64,000 nt of DNA from Alphaproteobacteria bacterium (GTDB lineage Bacteria > Pseudomonadota > Alphaproteobacteria > Bin95), in the NCBI GenBank assembly GCA_040263875.1, contig JBDQJI010000004.1:11984-75983 (forward strand). The letters run 5' to 3'. Shown one piece after another: positions 41,236 to 50,050 of this stretch; within the stretch, counting starts at the first letter, position 1; each line of letters starts with the position of its first letter. The translations under genes and the position numbers were made by a program. The notes beneath the pieces were generated by a model. The model was given only the letters and a program-made list of their open reading frames with translations, ran no database searches and was not told the origin of the DNA.

Positions 41236-42198
41236 ATGCCGTTCGATACAGCCCTCACCCGCATGCTTGGAATCGACATTCCAGTAATCTCTGCGCCTAT
41301 GGCCGGCGTTGCTGCTGGCAAACTGGCCGCCGCGGTTACGGGCGGCGGCGGCCTTGGCTTGATCGGCGGCGGCTATCCAGACCCGGCTGTGATCGAGCAT
41401 GAATTTGGTGAGGCAGGCAATGCCGTGGTCGGTATTGGCTTCATCACATGGGCGCTCGCTAAAAACCCTGCCGCATTGGACGTCGCCCTGGCGCACAGCC
41501 CAAAGGCGGTATTTCTATCGTTCGCTGATATCGCGCCATTCGTCACGCAAGCAAAGTCATCTGGTGCCACGTTGATTGCCCAGGTTCAAACTGTTGGCCA
41601 AGCACGCGCCGCCGCAGACGCAGGTGCAGATATGATCGTGGCCCAAGGGACTGAAGCAGGTGGGCATGGTGCGGCCAGAGCAACGCTTCCACTGGTGCCA
41701 GCCGTGGTCGACGCCGTTGGCTCAATACCTGTTCTGGCTGGCGGCGGGATCGCGGACGGGCGCGGATTGGCGGCAGCTTTGGCGCTAGGCGCGGCTGGTG
41801 CCTTAGTAGGCTCAGCCTTTGTCGCTGCAGAGGAATCGCTTGCAAGTGCCAATGGCAAGCAGCGGCTCGCGACCGGGTCCGGCGATGATACGGCTAAGGG
41901 ATCAGAATTTGATCTGCTGCGCGGGATTGATTGGCCGGATGGGTATCAGATCCGCACCATGGATACGCCGTTCTTCAAGGGCCTCCGTGATGCACCGCCA
42001 ACTACAGATTCTGAAGTTCAGGCAGCAAAAGCCGCATTTGATGCAGCACGTGAGAAGGATGATATGTCCGTTGCCACCGTCATCGCGGGCGAGGCTGCTG
42101 ATATGATCAACGCCATTGAGCCCGCATCGCTAATTTTGCAGAGAATGGCGAACGAGGCGGAAGCGATTATCCGCTCCCGCCCCGGCTTAGCCAATTAG
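41236..42198 (+). CDS. Nitronate monooxygenase (NMO / 2-nitropropane dioxygenase family)
   Basis: About 320 aa from the ATG at 41236. LGIDIPVISAPMAGVAAGKLAAAV, AQGTEAGGH. The ORF-track 5' extension (40915-41235) overlaps the divergent cyclase gene and I rejected it. Confidence 0.85.
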   Translation: MPFDTALTRMLGIDIPVISAPMAGVAAGKLAAAVTGGGGLGLIGGGYPDPAVIEHEFGEAGNAVVGIGFITWALAKNPAALDVALAHSPKAVFLSFADIAPFVTQAKSSGATLIAQVQTVGQARAAADAGADMIVAQGTEAGGHGAARATLPLVPAVVDAVGSIPVLAGGGIADGRGLAAALALGAAGALVGSAFVAAEESLASANGKQRLATGSGDDTAKGSEFDLLRGIDWPDGYQIRTMDTPFFKGLRDAPPTTDSEVQAAKAAFDAAREKDDMSVATVIAGEAADMINAIEPASLILQRMANEAEAIIRSRPGLAN

Positions 42199-42207
42199 GC
42201 TTTAGGC

Positions 42208-42816
42208 CTAGTTCCGCCAGGAAGCGTAGCCATCACCACGCTGACGGCGTGGGCGCTCAGCCACAGTATTCCGCCGGTTATCTACCCGATTGTATCGACG
42301 GTCAGTCTGCGCACGAGCGCGACGGCGGTCTAACTCGTTTTGGGCACGGGCGCGACGACGATCAAGCTCGTCTTGAGCCCGTGCACGACGACGATCAAGC
42401 TCATCCTGAGCCCGTGCGCGGCGGCGGTCCAATTGATCTTCAGCGCGTGCACGGCGACGGTCATTGTTGGAATAGCCACTTCGGTGATTTGAACGTGGGT
42501 TTACATAATCCCGGCGCACCGTATGGCCATGATAGGCATGATTACGACTACCACGATGGCCGCGATTATAGTGGCTATGCTTATTGGATTTCCGTTTGTA
42601 ATGGCCATGATGACCGTGATGACGGCGCTTCGGCGCACGATGGGCATGATGACCATCATCGTGGGTGGCGGCGATTATCAGTCCACCAATGGCTGCGCCA
42701 ATAATGATCGGCCCAATCAAGTCGTTGCCGTCAGCTTTAGCGCTGCCAGCCCCAACGACGCTTGATGCGCCCAGCACGAGCGCCGCGATTGCGGCGGTGA
42801 AGGTTCGTTTCAGCAA
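42208..42816 (-). CDS. Hypothetical exported/membrane protein: signal peptide, glycine-zipper helix, His-rich block and Arg-rich 11-aa tandem repeats
   Basis: TTG start with GGGAGAG 5 nt upstream. Signal-like MLKRTFTAAIAALVLGASSVVGAGSAKA, then LIGPIIIGAAIGGLIIAA. His-rich THDDGHHAHRAPKRRHHGHHGHYKRKSNKHSHYNRGHRGSRNHAYHGH, followed by RRRARA[EQ][DN][QE]LD repeated about 4.5 times. No family that I recognise. Confidence 0.6.
   Translation of the reverse strand: MLKRTFTAAIAALVLGASSVVGAGSAKADGNDLIGPIIIGAAIGGLIIAATHDDGHHAHRAPKRRHHGHHGHYKRKSNKHSHYNRGHRGSRNHAYHGHTVRRDYVNPRSNHRSGYSNNDRRRARAEDQLDRRRARAQDELDRRRARAQDELDRRRARAQNELDRRRARAQTDRRYNRVDNRRNTVAERPRRQRGDGYASWRN
42311..42462 (-). repeat. 33-bp tandem repeat, about 4.6 copies, in frame within the 42208..42816 CDS
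   Basis: Units at 42311-42343, 42344-42376, 42377-42409 and 42410-42442, plus a partial unit to 42462. Each encodes A-RRRARAQDELD-like 11-mers on the minus strand. Confidence 0.9.
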
Positions 42817-42924
42817 GAATTCTCTCCCGTTTGCGTTTCCCCCCTAGGACACAAACGGCAGTCCATCACTGATCCGTCGCAAAATATACCATTTGATTGA
42901 ACACAGGTCCGTGAACGTCTCGTT

Positions 42925-44193
42925 TTAAGGCGCGGAGGCCAGTGCATTCTCAAAGAAATCTGGGCCGCCAAAGTTCCCGGACTTCAACGCGACCGCCATT
43001 TCTTTCCCGCCAATGCTAACGCACCAAGGCACGCCTGGATCAATCTCAGGCCCGATCCTGAGCGCGCCAATTTTGAGTTTTTGGACGACGGCACCAGACG
43101 TCTCACCACCCGCAACGACCATGCGCGAGACGCCCATGTCTCTCAAGCCCGCAGCGACGGTCGCCAACGCATCCTCCACAAGCGCGCCTGCCTTCTCCCG
43201 GCCAACCGCTTCCTGGGCAGCCTTGACGGCGTCAGGGCTGTCTGTGGCGTAGATCAGTACTGGGCCGTCCTCAATTCGGCCCTTGGCCCATTCCAATGCC
43301 TCTGCCGCCAAGTCCTTGCCTTCCGCAAGCTGCAATGGATTGACCTGAAAGACAGGATGGTTCCGCGCAAACCGCGCCACCTGTTCATTCGTCGCGCGGG
43401 AGCAGCTCCCGGAGATAATGGCACCTTTGCCACCAATTTCAGGCAGATCCGCCGCCGCATCTTGCACCTGAAACAATCCTGCAGCCTCGAACGCCGCTGG
43501 CATCCCAACCGCAAGGCCAGACCCGCCCGTGCTGAGCATTTGGTGCGAAGTCGCCGCAGCAAGGGTGCGGAGGTCATCCTCATCCGTCGCATCAGCAATA
43601 ACGAGCCTTCGGCCATCGCCCGCCAAAGCTGCAAGATGAGCGCGCGCTGCATCGGCACCTTTGCGGATAGTCTTGTAATCTAGCAGGCCAATCGGCGACT
43701 TCGATTGGCGGCTGAGGACACGCACCAAGTTCGGGTCTGTCATTGGCGTTAATGGATGGTCCTGCATGCCGCTTTCATTCAGCAGCACATCCCCTGCATA
43801 GAGGTAGCCCTTGAAAACGGTCCGGCCGTTCTCTGGGAATGCAGGGCAAGCAATGGCTTGATCAGCGCTAACTGCATCCAGCAGCGCCTCTGCAACAGGG
43901 CCGATATTGCCAGTTTCAGTCGAATCGAACGTCGAGCAATATTTGAAATAGAAGCGCTGGCACCCGCCCGCTTGCAGCCACTCCAGAGCCTCTAGCGATT
44001 GGGCAATGGCTTCATCTGCTGGGATTGTTCGGGATTTCAGCGCAACGATCACGGCGTCAGCATCAATCTCGCTGACTGGGATATCAGGAACGCCGATTGT
44101 CTGTACGGCCCGCATGCCATGGCGGACGAGCATGCCTGCCAAGTCTGTGGCACCCGTAAAATCATCTGCGATGCAGCCAAGGACAGGGCTCAT
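42925..44193 (-). CDS. otnK: Four-carbon acid-sugar kinase (3-oxo-tetronate kinase OtnK / YgbK family, DUF1537)
   Basis: 422 aa. N-terminus LGCIADDFTGATDLAGML (E. coli YgbK has IGVIADDFTGATDIA). C-terminal nucleotide-binding half VVAGGETSGAV. Confidence 0.8.
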   Translation of the reverse strand: MSPVLGCIADDFTGATDLAGMLVRHGMRAVQTIGVPDIPVSEIDADAVIVALKSRTIPADEAIAQSLEALEWLQAGGCQRFYFKYCSTFDSTETGNIGPVAEALLDAVSADQAIACPAFPENGRTVFKGYLYAGDVLLNESGMQDHPLTPMTDPNLVRVLSRQSKSPIGLLDYKTIRKGADAARAHLAALAGDGRRLVIADATDEDDLRTLAAATSHQMLSTGGSGLAVGMPAAFEAAGLFQVQDAAADLPEIGGKGAIISGSCSRATNEQVARFARNHPVFQVNPLQLAEGKDLAAEALEWAKGRIEDGPVLIYATDSPDAVKAAQEAVGREKAGALVEDALATVAAGLRDMGVSRMVVAGGETSGAVVQKLKIGALRIGPEIDPGVPWCVSIGGKEMAVALKSGNFGGPDFFENALASAP

Positions 44194-45089
44194 TCTGAAG
44201 TCTCCGTATTCGGTAGGTCGATCCCAGTCAGTTTCTGGAATACTTTTACAACCGCACTGTCATTCTCACGACCAAGCCCGCCCGCACTGGCAGCCAGAAA
44301 CTGTTGATGAGCAGCGGCAGAAAGCGGCAGCGGGAATGTCATGGACCGGCCCGCATCCAAAACAATGCCAAGGTCTTTGACGAAGATATCAACCGCACTT
44401 TTCGGTGCATAATCTCCGTCAACGATACTTTGCCCCCGGTTTTGGAACATCCAGGACCCGCCTGCAGAGTTGGAAATGACTTCGTAAACCGTTTCCAAAT
44501 CCGCCCCGGCACGGGACGCTAATGCGAAGGCCTCCGCCATGGCAGCAATATGCACGCCGGCCAGGAGCTGATTGATCATCTTGATAGTCGCGCCCTGCCC
44601 CGGAGTATCGCCGATCTTGTACACTTTCTCCGCAATCGCATCGAGCAACGCGCCGCCCTTTTGGAACGCAGCGCCAGACCCTGCAGCCATAATCGTCATA
44701 GACCCAGCCATAGCCTTGGCCGCACCGCCAGAAACGGGCGCATCAATGAACTGCAGCCCAAGCGCTTCAAGCCGGGCCGCGACAGTCGGCGGATATTCAG
44801 GTGCTGTTGTGGCACCCGCCAAAACGACGGCACCTTTGGGCAGCTTCTCCGCCAAACCGTTCTCACCGAACAATACGGCTTCAGTTTGCGCCGCGTTGAC
44901 GACGAGGATCATCACGGCGTCCAGGTGGCCCATCTCTGTGACGGAACTGACAGCCGTGCCGCCAGCTGCCTCAAACACAGCCCTCGCATCTGCTGACAGA
45001 TCACAGCCGACCGTTTCCAGACCAGCCCGCACGCATGATTGCGCGGCCCCCATGCCCATAGCCCCAAGCCCAACAATGCCAACCCGCAT
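44190..45089 (-). CDS. ltnD: L-threonate dehydrogenase-like NAD(P) oxidoreductase (YgbJ/LtnD, 3-hydroxyisobutyrate dehydrogenase family)
   Basis: 299 aa. VGIVGLGAMGMGAAQSCVRAGL, VVNAAQTEAVLFGENG and SAVDIFVKDLGIV...DSAVVKVF are nearly colinear with E. coli YgbJ. 4-nt overlap with otnK. Confidence 0.85.
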   Translation of the reverse strand: MRVGIVGLGAMGMGAAQSCVRAGLETVGCDLSADARAVFEAAGGTAVSSVTEMGHLDAVMILVVNAAQTEAVLFGENGLAEKLPKGAVVLAGATTAPEYPPTVAARLEALGLQFIDAPVSGGAAKAMAGSMTIMAAGSGAAFQKGGALLDAIAEKVYKIGDTPGQGATIKMINQLLAGVHIAAMAEAFALASRAGADLETVYEVISNSAGGSWMFQNRGQSIVDGDYAPKSAVDIFVKDLGIVLDAGRSMTFPLPLSAAAHQQFLAASAGGLGRENDSAVVKVFQKLTGIDLPNTETSE

Positions 45090-45092
45090 AAA

Positions 45093-45812
45093 CTATCGCT
45101 CCTCGCCCAATGCTTTTCTGTATCCAGCCTGATAGGTCTCACGCTCAGCAGGGTCATATACCCCTGCCGGATTATTCCGCGTCGCTAAAGTTACGTAATA
45201 TGGTGCCCGCTCCGCTAGGAATGTGTCCAACATGCGGGAAAGATCACGCAAGGGCTCTGCCGCATCATCAATGCGGAGATCAATCCACGGCCATCGTTCA
45301 GTCTTCACAATTTTGATCGCCGCCGATTGCTTGCTGCGCTTATCACCGCCTGCAGTCTGGCCAGCGGCCAGGGCGTCCATTAATCGCTGTGCGAACGGCT
45401 TTTCCCAACCATCGGCCCAGGCCTTCATAGTCTCTGCAACGACAGCTGGCCCGGCCAGCATGTTTCCAGCAACAGATACGCCTTCACCCAGTGCATGCCC
45501 ATTCCAATCGACACAGGATGCGCCCGTATAGGCGAATGCATTGCCCCGCGCGTCGACACCATGAACTTGACGGAAGGCGCGGCCTTCATCGGCAGTTGTC
45601 ACAGCGCCAATCACTGCTTCGATACTGTCGCCAGCGGCCAATTTGGCCAATACATCCGGCCCATAAAGCGGATTTGTATAGGACTGCGTTGAGAGCGCGC
45701 CAGTGCCAGCTTCAAGCCACGGACAAATAGCACCAACCGCCAGCACCTTCGATGCGACGGCGACCCCGAATGCGCCGCTGGCGGCGTCCTTAGCAACAAT
45801 GGACCATGTCAT
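45093..45812 (-). CDS. DUF1028-family protein (Ntn-hydrolase-like fold, function unknown)
   Basis: About 239 aa from the Met at 45810-45812. MTWSIVAKDAASGAFGVAVASKVLAVGAICPWLEAGTGALSTQSYTNPLYGP matches the family N-terminus (TFSIVA...GVAV.SK..AVG). Confidence 0.8.
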   Translation of the reverse strand: MTWSIVAKDAASGAFGVAVASKVLAVGAICPWLEAGTGALSTQSYTNPLYGPDVLAKLAAGDSIEAVIGAVTTADEGRAFRQVHGVDARGNAFAYTGASCVDWNGHALGEGVSVAGNMLAGPAVVAETMKAWADGWEKPFAQRLMDALAAGQTAGGDKRSKQSAAIKIVKTERWPWIDLRIDDAAEPLRDLSRMLDTFLAERAPYYVTLATRNNPAGVYDPAERETYQAGYRKALGEER

Positions 45813-45862
45813 CGTCACGGCATACGATGGCGCATCATTCGCTGCAAGCTGGAGCCTGTCAC

Positions 45863-46738
45863 ATGCCACAAGATTTTGGCGCATCTGACGACGATCTATT
45901 CGAACGCCCTACCATTTACCGGGATGATCTTTTCAAAGGGCAGGTCGTTGTGGTCAGCGGCGGCGGCAGTGGCCTGGGCAAAGCAATGGCGGCGCTGTTT
46001 GGGCGCTTGGGTGCGCGGATCGTCATCTGCGGCCGTGATCAAGCGAAACTAGACGCCGTCAAAACCCTGTTCGACGTGCGTGGCATTTCTTGCTCAATCC
46101 ATTCTATGTCGATCCGGGAGCCGGAAGCGGTCGATGCTTTCTTTGACCAGGTTTTCGCTGACGAAGGCAAAATCGACATTCTGATCAACAATGCCGGCGG
46201 CCAATTCCCACAAGACGCCTTGGACCTGTCGCCGAATGGCTGGCGCGCTGTTATCGACACGAACCTGAATGGCTCCTGGAACATGATGCAGGCCGCGGCG
46301 AAGCGTTGGCGGGACCGCAGCGCGCCGGGCAATATGATCAACATTGTCGCCGATATCTGGCGTGGCCTGCCGCAAATGGCACACACGACGGCTGCCCGCG
46401 CTGGTGTGATCTATGCCAGCCGTACGGTCGCGGTTGAATGGGCGCAATTTAATATCCGCGTGAATTGCCTGGCACCCGGTTGTTGCGAATCCAGCGCTTT
46501 TGGCCGGTATCCAGCCGAAGGTGCGGAAAGTTTCAAGCAATCAAACCCAATGTTGCGCGCTGGCGACGAATGGGACATTGCCGAGGGTGCAGTTTACCTA
46601 GCGTCCCCCGCCGGTAAGTTCATTACCGGTGAGACGCTGACGATTGACGGCGGCCAGCAGCTTTGGGGCGATCCGTGGCCGGGTGGCAGGCCTGCCTGGG
46701 CAGAGCTAGATTACAGCAAAGGCCGTGGTCAGCGCTGA
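45863..46738 (+). CDS. SDR-family oxidoreductase (enoyl-CoA reductase-like)
   Basis: VVVVSGGGSGLGKA cofactor motif, NNAGG and a catalytic-region tyrosine context. I chose the ATG at 45863 so that it does not overlap the divergent DUF1028 gene. Confidence 0.8.
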   Translation: MPQDFGASDDDLFERPTIYRDDLFKGQVVVVSGGGSGLGKAMAALFGRLGARIVICGRDQAKLDAVKTLFDVRGISCSIHSMSIREPEAVDAFFDQVFADEGKIDILINNAGGQFPQDALDLSPNGWRAVIDTNLNGSWNMMQAAAKRWRDRSAPGNMINIVADIWRGLPQMAHTTAARAGVIYASRTVAVEWAQFNIRVNCLAPGCCESSAFGRYPAEGAESFKQSNPMLRAGDEWDIAEGAVYLASPAGKFITGETLTIDGGQQLWGDPWPGGRPAWAELDYSKGRGQR

Positions 46739-46743
46739 AATAG

Positions 46744-47364
46744 CTAGTTCGTTTCAGGTGCCTCAAACAGCGTCCAAGAGAGCTCGCCACCATGGCGGAC
46801 GTTCTTCAGTATGGTTTTGGTGTAGCGGCCTTCAGGATCAATGAAGCCCCAGCCATGTAATGTCCAGGTCGGGCTAGTTTGCAAGAAGTGTAGGATCACC
46901 TTGCCCTGCTTCGGCTTGCTACGCTGGCCAACGGCGATATAAGCATTCTGGCCCTTTGCCGCGATCTCAAGCACCTTCACATCGCCGCTAAGCCTTGCAG
47001 TGCGGCCAAAAATCAGGCCAAGCGGTGTGGACTGCGTTGAGGTATTTACCACAGTGCCATTGCCGCCGATGAAATCAACGCGCGCACCATTGGCAATAAT
47101 CAGGTGGTTCAGCGGCGAATCAAATTCCATCCTCATCTTGCCGCCAAGACGGTCTACAAAAAGGCGGCCCGTATTGAATTGCGCCACGTTCTGAAACGTG
47201 AAATCTGCCTGCATGACATTGATCTGCTGAAGCGCCTGCTCCGCTTTCGGAAGCATTGAAGCATCGCCCTGACGGAACTTCTGCGCACTGGCAGGTGCGG
47301 TTACCGTGATCAAGGCAGCAAGCACCAAACCTAGAAAGCGAACCATTCTCATACTCCAAAACAC
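46744..47364 (-). CDS. LolA-like periplasmic lipoprotein-carrier family protein
   Basis: Signal peptide MVRFLGLVLAALITVTAPASAQ, then ADFTFQN...GRLFVDRLGKMRMEF typical of the LolA/LolA-like fold. The likely true start is the ATG at 47344-47346 (GGAG 7 nt upstream) or at 47350-47352. Confidence 0.65.
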   Translation of the reverse strand: MFWSMRMVRFLGLVLAALITVTAPASAQKFRQGDASMLPKAEQALQQINVMQADFTFQNVAQFNTGRLFVDRLGGKMRMEFDSPLNHLIIANGARVDFIGGNGTVVNTSTQSTPLGLIFGRTARLSGDVKVLEIAAKGQNAYIAVGQRSKPKQGKVILHFLQTSPTWTLHGWGFIDPEGRYTKTILKNVRHGGELSWTLFEAPETN

Positions 47365-47449
47365 ATAAATTCAGACCACCCCCGCAGTGCCTGTCGCAAA
47401 ACACGACAGAACAGCGAAAAGCGACCCGTAGACATCCAATCCTTGCGAA

Positions 47450-49291
47450 TTAGGTGCCAACATGCGGCAGAACGGGCAATAATAATGCTGACGGCATATC
47501 CCCACCATGCAGAACGGAATTGATCGCCACCCGCGCCTGCCGTGATTGGCCTTCCGCCTCTCCCGTATTCGGATTGACGTCGAATTTCGGGAAATTGGAG
47601 GACGAAACATCCAACCGGATCCGATGGCCTTTCACAAACCTGTTAGCCGTCGGGAAAGCCTCTATCTCAATGGCATAGCGATCGCCAGGCGTCATCAACA
47701 CTGGTGCCGTCATGGAATCCCGGTAGCGCATACGTAGAATGCCGTCGGTCACAATCATGGCATATCCTTGAGCATAGTCAGCGCTGGGCGGATGCACATC
47801 AATCACCTTCATGGTGAAGTCTGTATCCAGCGCATCAGAGGAAACCCAAAGGCGGAGGATAATTGGGCCACAGACTGTGATGTCTTGCACAAGCGCAGGC
47901 GTTTCGAACGTCAGCACGTCTGGACGGCTGGAGAGCGGCAAGTACGGTGCTGCGCAGCCAAAAATCTCCGCACTCTCGCGCTGATCATACGCCCCACCGC
48001 GCATCACTGGTTCACCGGATGACACTGCACCGCCAATAGTCGGCACCGGCTTCAGCGGATCAAAGCGGTAGTCGATGCGGGATGCGCTTGGCGCTACATC
48101 TGTAGCAAGTTGCCCATCGCCTGCCAGATAAAACGGACGCACCTTCGCTTCCGGCGGCGGCCAATCAGCGAACCCTTGCCATGCGCCGCCGTGATCCAAC
48201 CGACCGGCCTCGTTGCGCCGACCAGAACCACCACCCATGATAAAAACCTTCACGGGCGCACCGTCCGCCTGCCCTGATTTCCCATGCAAGACCCGGTCAA
48301 AGAAATCCGCCCGAAAATCGATGAAGTCAGCTGCTAATTGGCCATCCAAGGTCGCCGCCTCGCCAAAATCGACATCACCCGCATAAGTCAACGACCGGTC
48401 GCCATGGGTCCAGGGGCCGAGTACGAGGCCAAGGTCCTTGGCGCCCTCAGCCTTCAAGCCAAGATAATTGTCGGTCGCGGTCAGCGGATAGGGATCATAC
48501 CAACTCGACATATGGATCTGCGCCATGCGTGCGAATTGATCATAATATCCAGCGGCATAGAGGCCTGGCTGCTTCCAGATGTCGTCAAGTGTCCCCGCCT
48601 GCCATTGATCCAGCAGGTACTTCTCATAGGCCGGATGCTCCCGCACTGGCGACACACCTGGTCGCCAAGGCATGCGCGTAAACCAAGCGCGCACATCCTC
48701 AGCCTCTAATGCGGCCTTCAAGACTGGGTCAGCGGCGGCCTCTGGACTGAGACGTGCTTGCTTCAGCGCCCAGGTCGCCTGCTTCAGCTCAAACGCGCCG
48801 CCTTGGCGAACGCCAGAGCGATGAGCGCTTGAAAATCCACCAGAATCGGCAACAAGCGCCCGCAGCGCAGGCGGTCCCATACTGGCTGCTGCGACTTGTG
48901 TATGGGCGGAATATGACAGCCCGAACATACCAACACGACCATCGATTCCAGCCATTCCTGCCAGCGCCTGAACAGCATCAAAGCCATCTGCCCCATCCGC
49001 CAGATATTTCGCGAACACGCCTTCTGAATTATATCGACCGCGCGTGTCTTGATATGCCACCGCGAATCCACGGGCGACGAACCGCGCCGCCACATCTGCC
49101 CGCGACAATGCCTTAGATGGATCAGCCGCCGTGATCTCACTCCGACTTGGCAGATGCTTTCCATATGGCGTCCGCTCCAGCAGTAAGGGCGCTGCGCCTG
49201 CGTTAACAGGGCGATAAATGTCGGTAGCCATCAACGAGCCGTCCCGCATCGGGATCATCACGTCACGTTCGATCTGCATGCCTACTTGCAC
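47450..49291 (-). CDS. CocE/NonD-family hydrolase (S15 X-Pro dipeptidyl-peptidase-like alpha/beta hydrolase)
   Basis: 613 aa. VMIPMRDGSLMATDIYRP, RTPYGK, YQDTRGRYNSEG, nucleophile context GMFGLSYSA. Confidence 0.85.
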   Translation of the reverse strand: MQVGMQIERDVMIPMRDGSLMATDIYRPVNAGAAPLLLERTPYGKHLPSRSEITAADPSKALSRADVAARFVARGFAVAYQDTRGRYNSEGVFAKYLADGADGFDAVQALAGMAGIDGRVGMFGLSYSAHTQVAAASMGPPALRALVADSGGFSSAHRSGVRQGGAFELKQATWALKQARLSPEAAADPVLKAALEAEDVRAWFTRMPWRPGVSPVREHPAYEKYLLDQWQAGTLDDIWKQPGLYAAGYYDQFARMAQIHMSSWYDPYPLTATDNYLGLKAEGAKDLGLVLGPWTHGDRSLTYAGDVDFGEAATLDGQLAADFIDFRADFFDRVLHGKSGQADGAPVKVFIMGGGSGRRNEAGRLDHGGAWQGFADWPPPEAKVRPFYLAGDGQLATDVAPSASRIDYRFDPLKPVPTIGGAVSSGEPVMRGGAYDQRESAEIFGCAAPYLPLSSRPDVLTFETPALVQDITVCGPIILRLWVSSDALDTDFTMKVIDVHPPSADYAQGYAMIVTDGILRMRYRDSMTAPVLMTPGDRYAIEIEAFPTANRFVKGHRIRLDVSSSNFPKFDVNPNTGEAEGQSRQARVAINSVLHGGDMPSALLLPVLPHVGT

Positions 49292-49347
49292 TTAGCGCTC
49301 CATTCGTGGCCTGCTTGGGGTCTCAATTCAATCAGGAGAAAACAGTT

Positions 49348-49707
49348 ATGGCTATCCAACGCATCGACGTCACTGAAGGTCCCGGCCCCCGCATGAGCCG
49401 CTGTGTCGTGAATGGCGATATGGTTTACGTGTGCGGTCTCGTCGCCAAAGATTTCTCAGCCGACATCACCGGCCAGACACAAAGCATCGTGGACACAATC
49501 GACAGCTACCTGGCCAAAGCTGGCACAGATAAATCCAAGCTGCTCACAGCCCAGCTCTGGATCACAGACATGGCCAACTTCAAAGCTATGAACGCAGTCT
49601 GGAATGATTGGGTCGACCCCAAGAACCCACCCGTCCGCGCCTGCATCCAAGCCGGCCTCGCCCGCCCTGAAATCTTGGTCGAGATCATGGTTACAGCGGC
49701 GAAGTAG
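49348..49707 (+). CDS. RidA/YjgF-family protein
   Basis: 119 aa from the ATG at 49348 (AGGAGA 8 nt upstream). VYVCGLVA, MNAVWNDW, PVRACIQAGLARPEILVEI. Confidence 0.85.
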   Translation: MAIQRIDVTEGPGPRMSRCVVNGDMVYVCGLVAKDFSADITGQTQSIVDTIDSYLAKAGTDKSKLLTAQLWITDMANFKAMNAVWNDWVDPKNPPVRACIQAGLARPEILVEIMVTAAK

Positions 49708-49723
49708 GGGCCAGCCTTGATCA

Positions 49724-49776
49724 ATCGCAACGCACAGAATATCTTTAAATATCTTTGACATTCTGTGCGTTGCGAT
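49724..49776. promoter_or_regulatory. Perfect 17-bp inverted repeat (candidate ParD operator and/or ridA terminator) overlapping a promoter-like element
   Basis: ATCGCAACGCACAGAAT (49724-49740) and ATTCTGTGCGTTGCGAT (49760-49776) are exact reverse complements separated by 19 nt (ATCTTTAAATATCTTTGAC, with ATCTTT repeated). TTGACA lies at 49755-49760, GCGATAC at 49772-49778, GGAG at 49779-49782 and the parD ATG at 49790. Confidence 0.5.
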
Positions 49777-49789
49777 ACGGAGCTCGGTT

Positions 49790-50050
49790 ATGACCAAACC
49801 CATGAATCTAAACGTTCGCGTCGGCGGCGCGCTAAAAGACCATCTGGTGGCTCGAATTAGTGACACTGGCGACTACGATAATGCCAGTGAGTATGTCCGC
49901 GACCTCATTCGCCGAGACAAGGAACGCGTGGAATTTACGACATTCGAGGCGAAACGTGCAGCACTTCAAAAAGCATTTGCGTCACCTGATGCAGATTATA
50001 TGCAGATTACTATGGCGGATATCATTCGACAGGCGACGCTGCCTGAGTAA
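49790..50050 (+). CDS. parD: Type II antitoxin, ParD/CopG ribbon-helix-helix family
   Basis: 86 aa. MNLNVRVGGALKDHL (RHH strand-helix), YDNASEYVRDLIRRDKE. One-nt overlap (TAATG) with the toxin gene. Confidence 0.85.
   Translation: MTKPMNLNVRVGGALKDHLVARISDTGDYDNASEYVRDLIRRDKERVEFTTFEAKRAALQKAFASPDADYMQITMADIIRQATLPE

Noticed and set aside
42249-42704. A 151-aa plus-strand ORF (Asp/His/Gly-rich) mirroring the His/Arg-rich minus-strand gene.
   Set aside because: It has no ribosome-binding site and no signal features. The minus-strand frame has a strong RBS and a signal peptide, and its repeat units differ only at sites that are synonymous in the minus frame.
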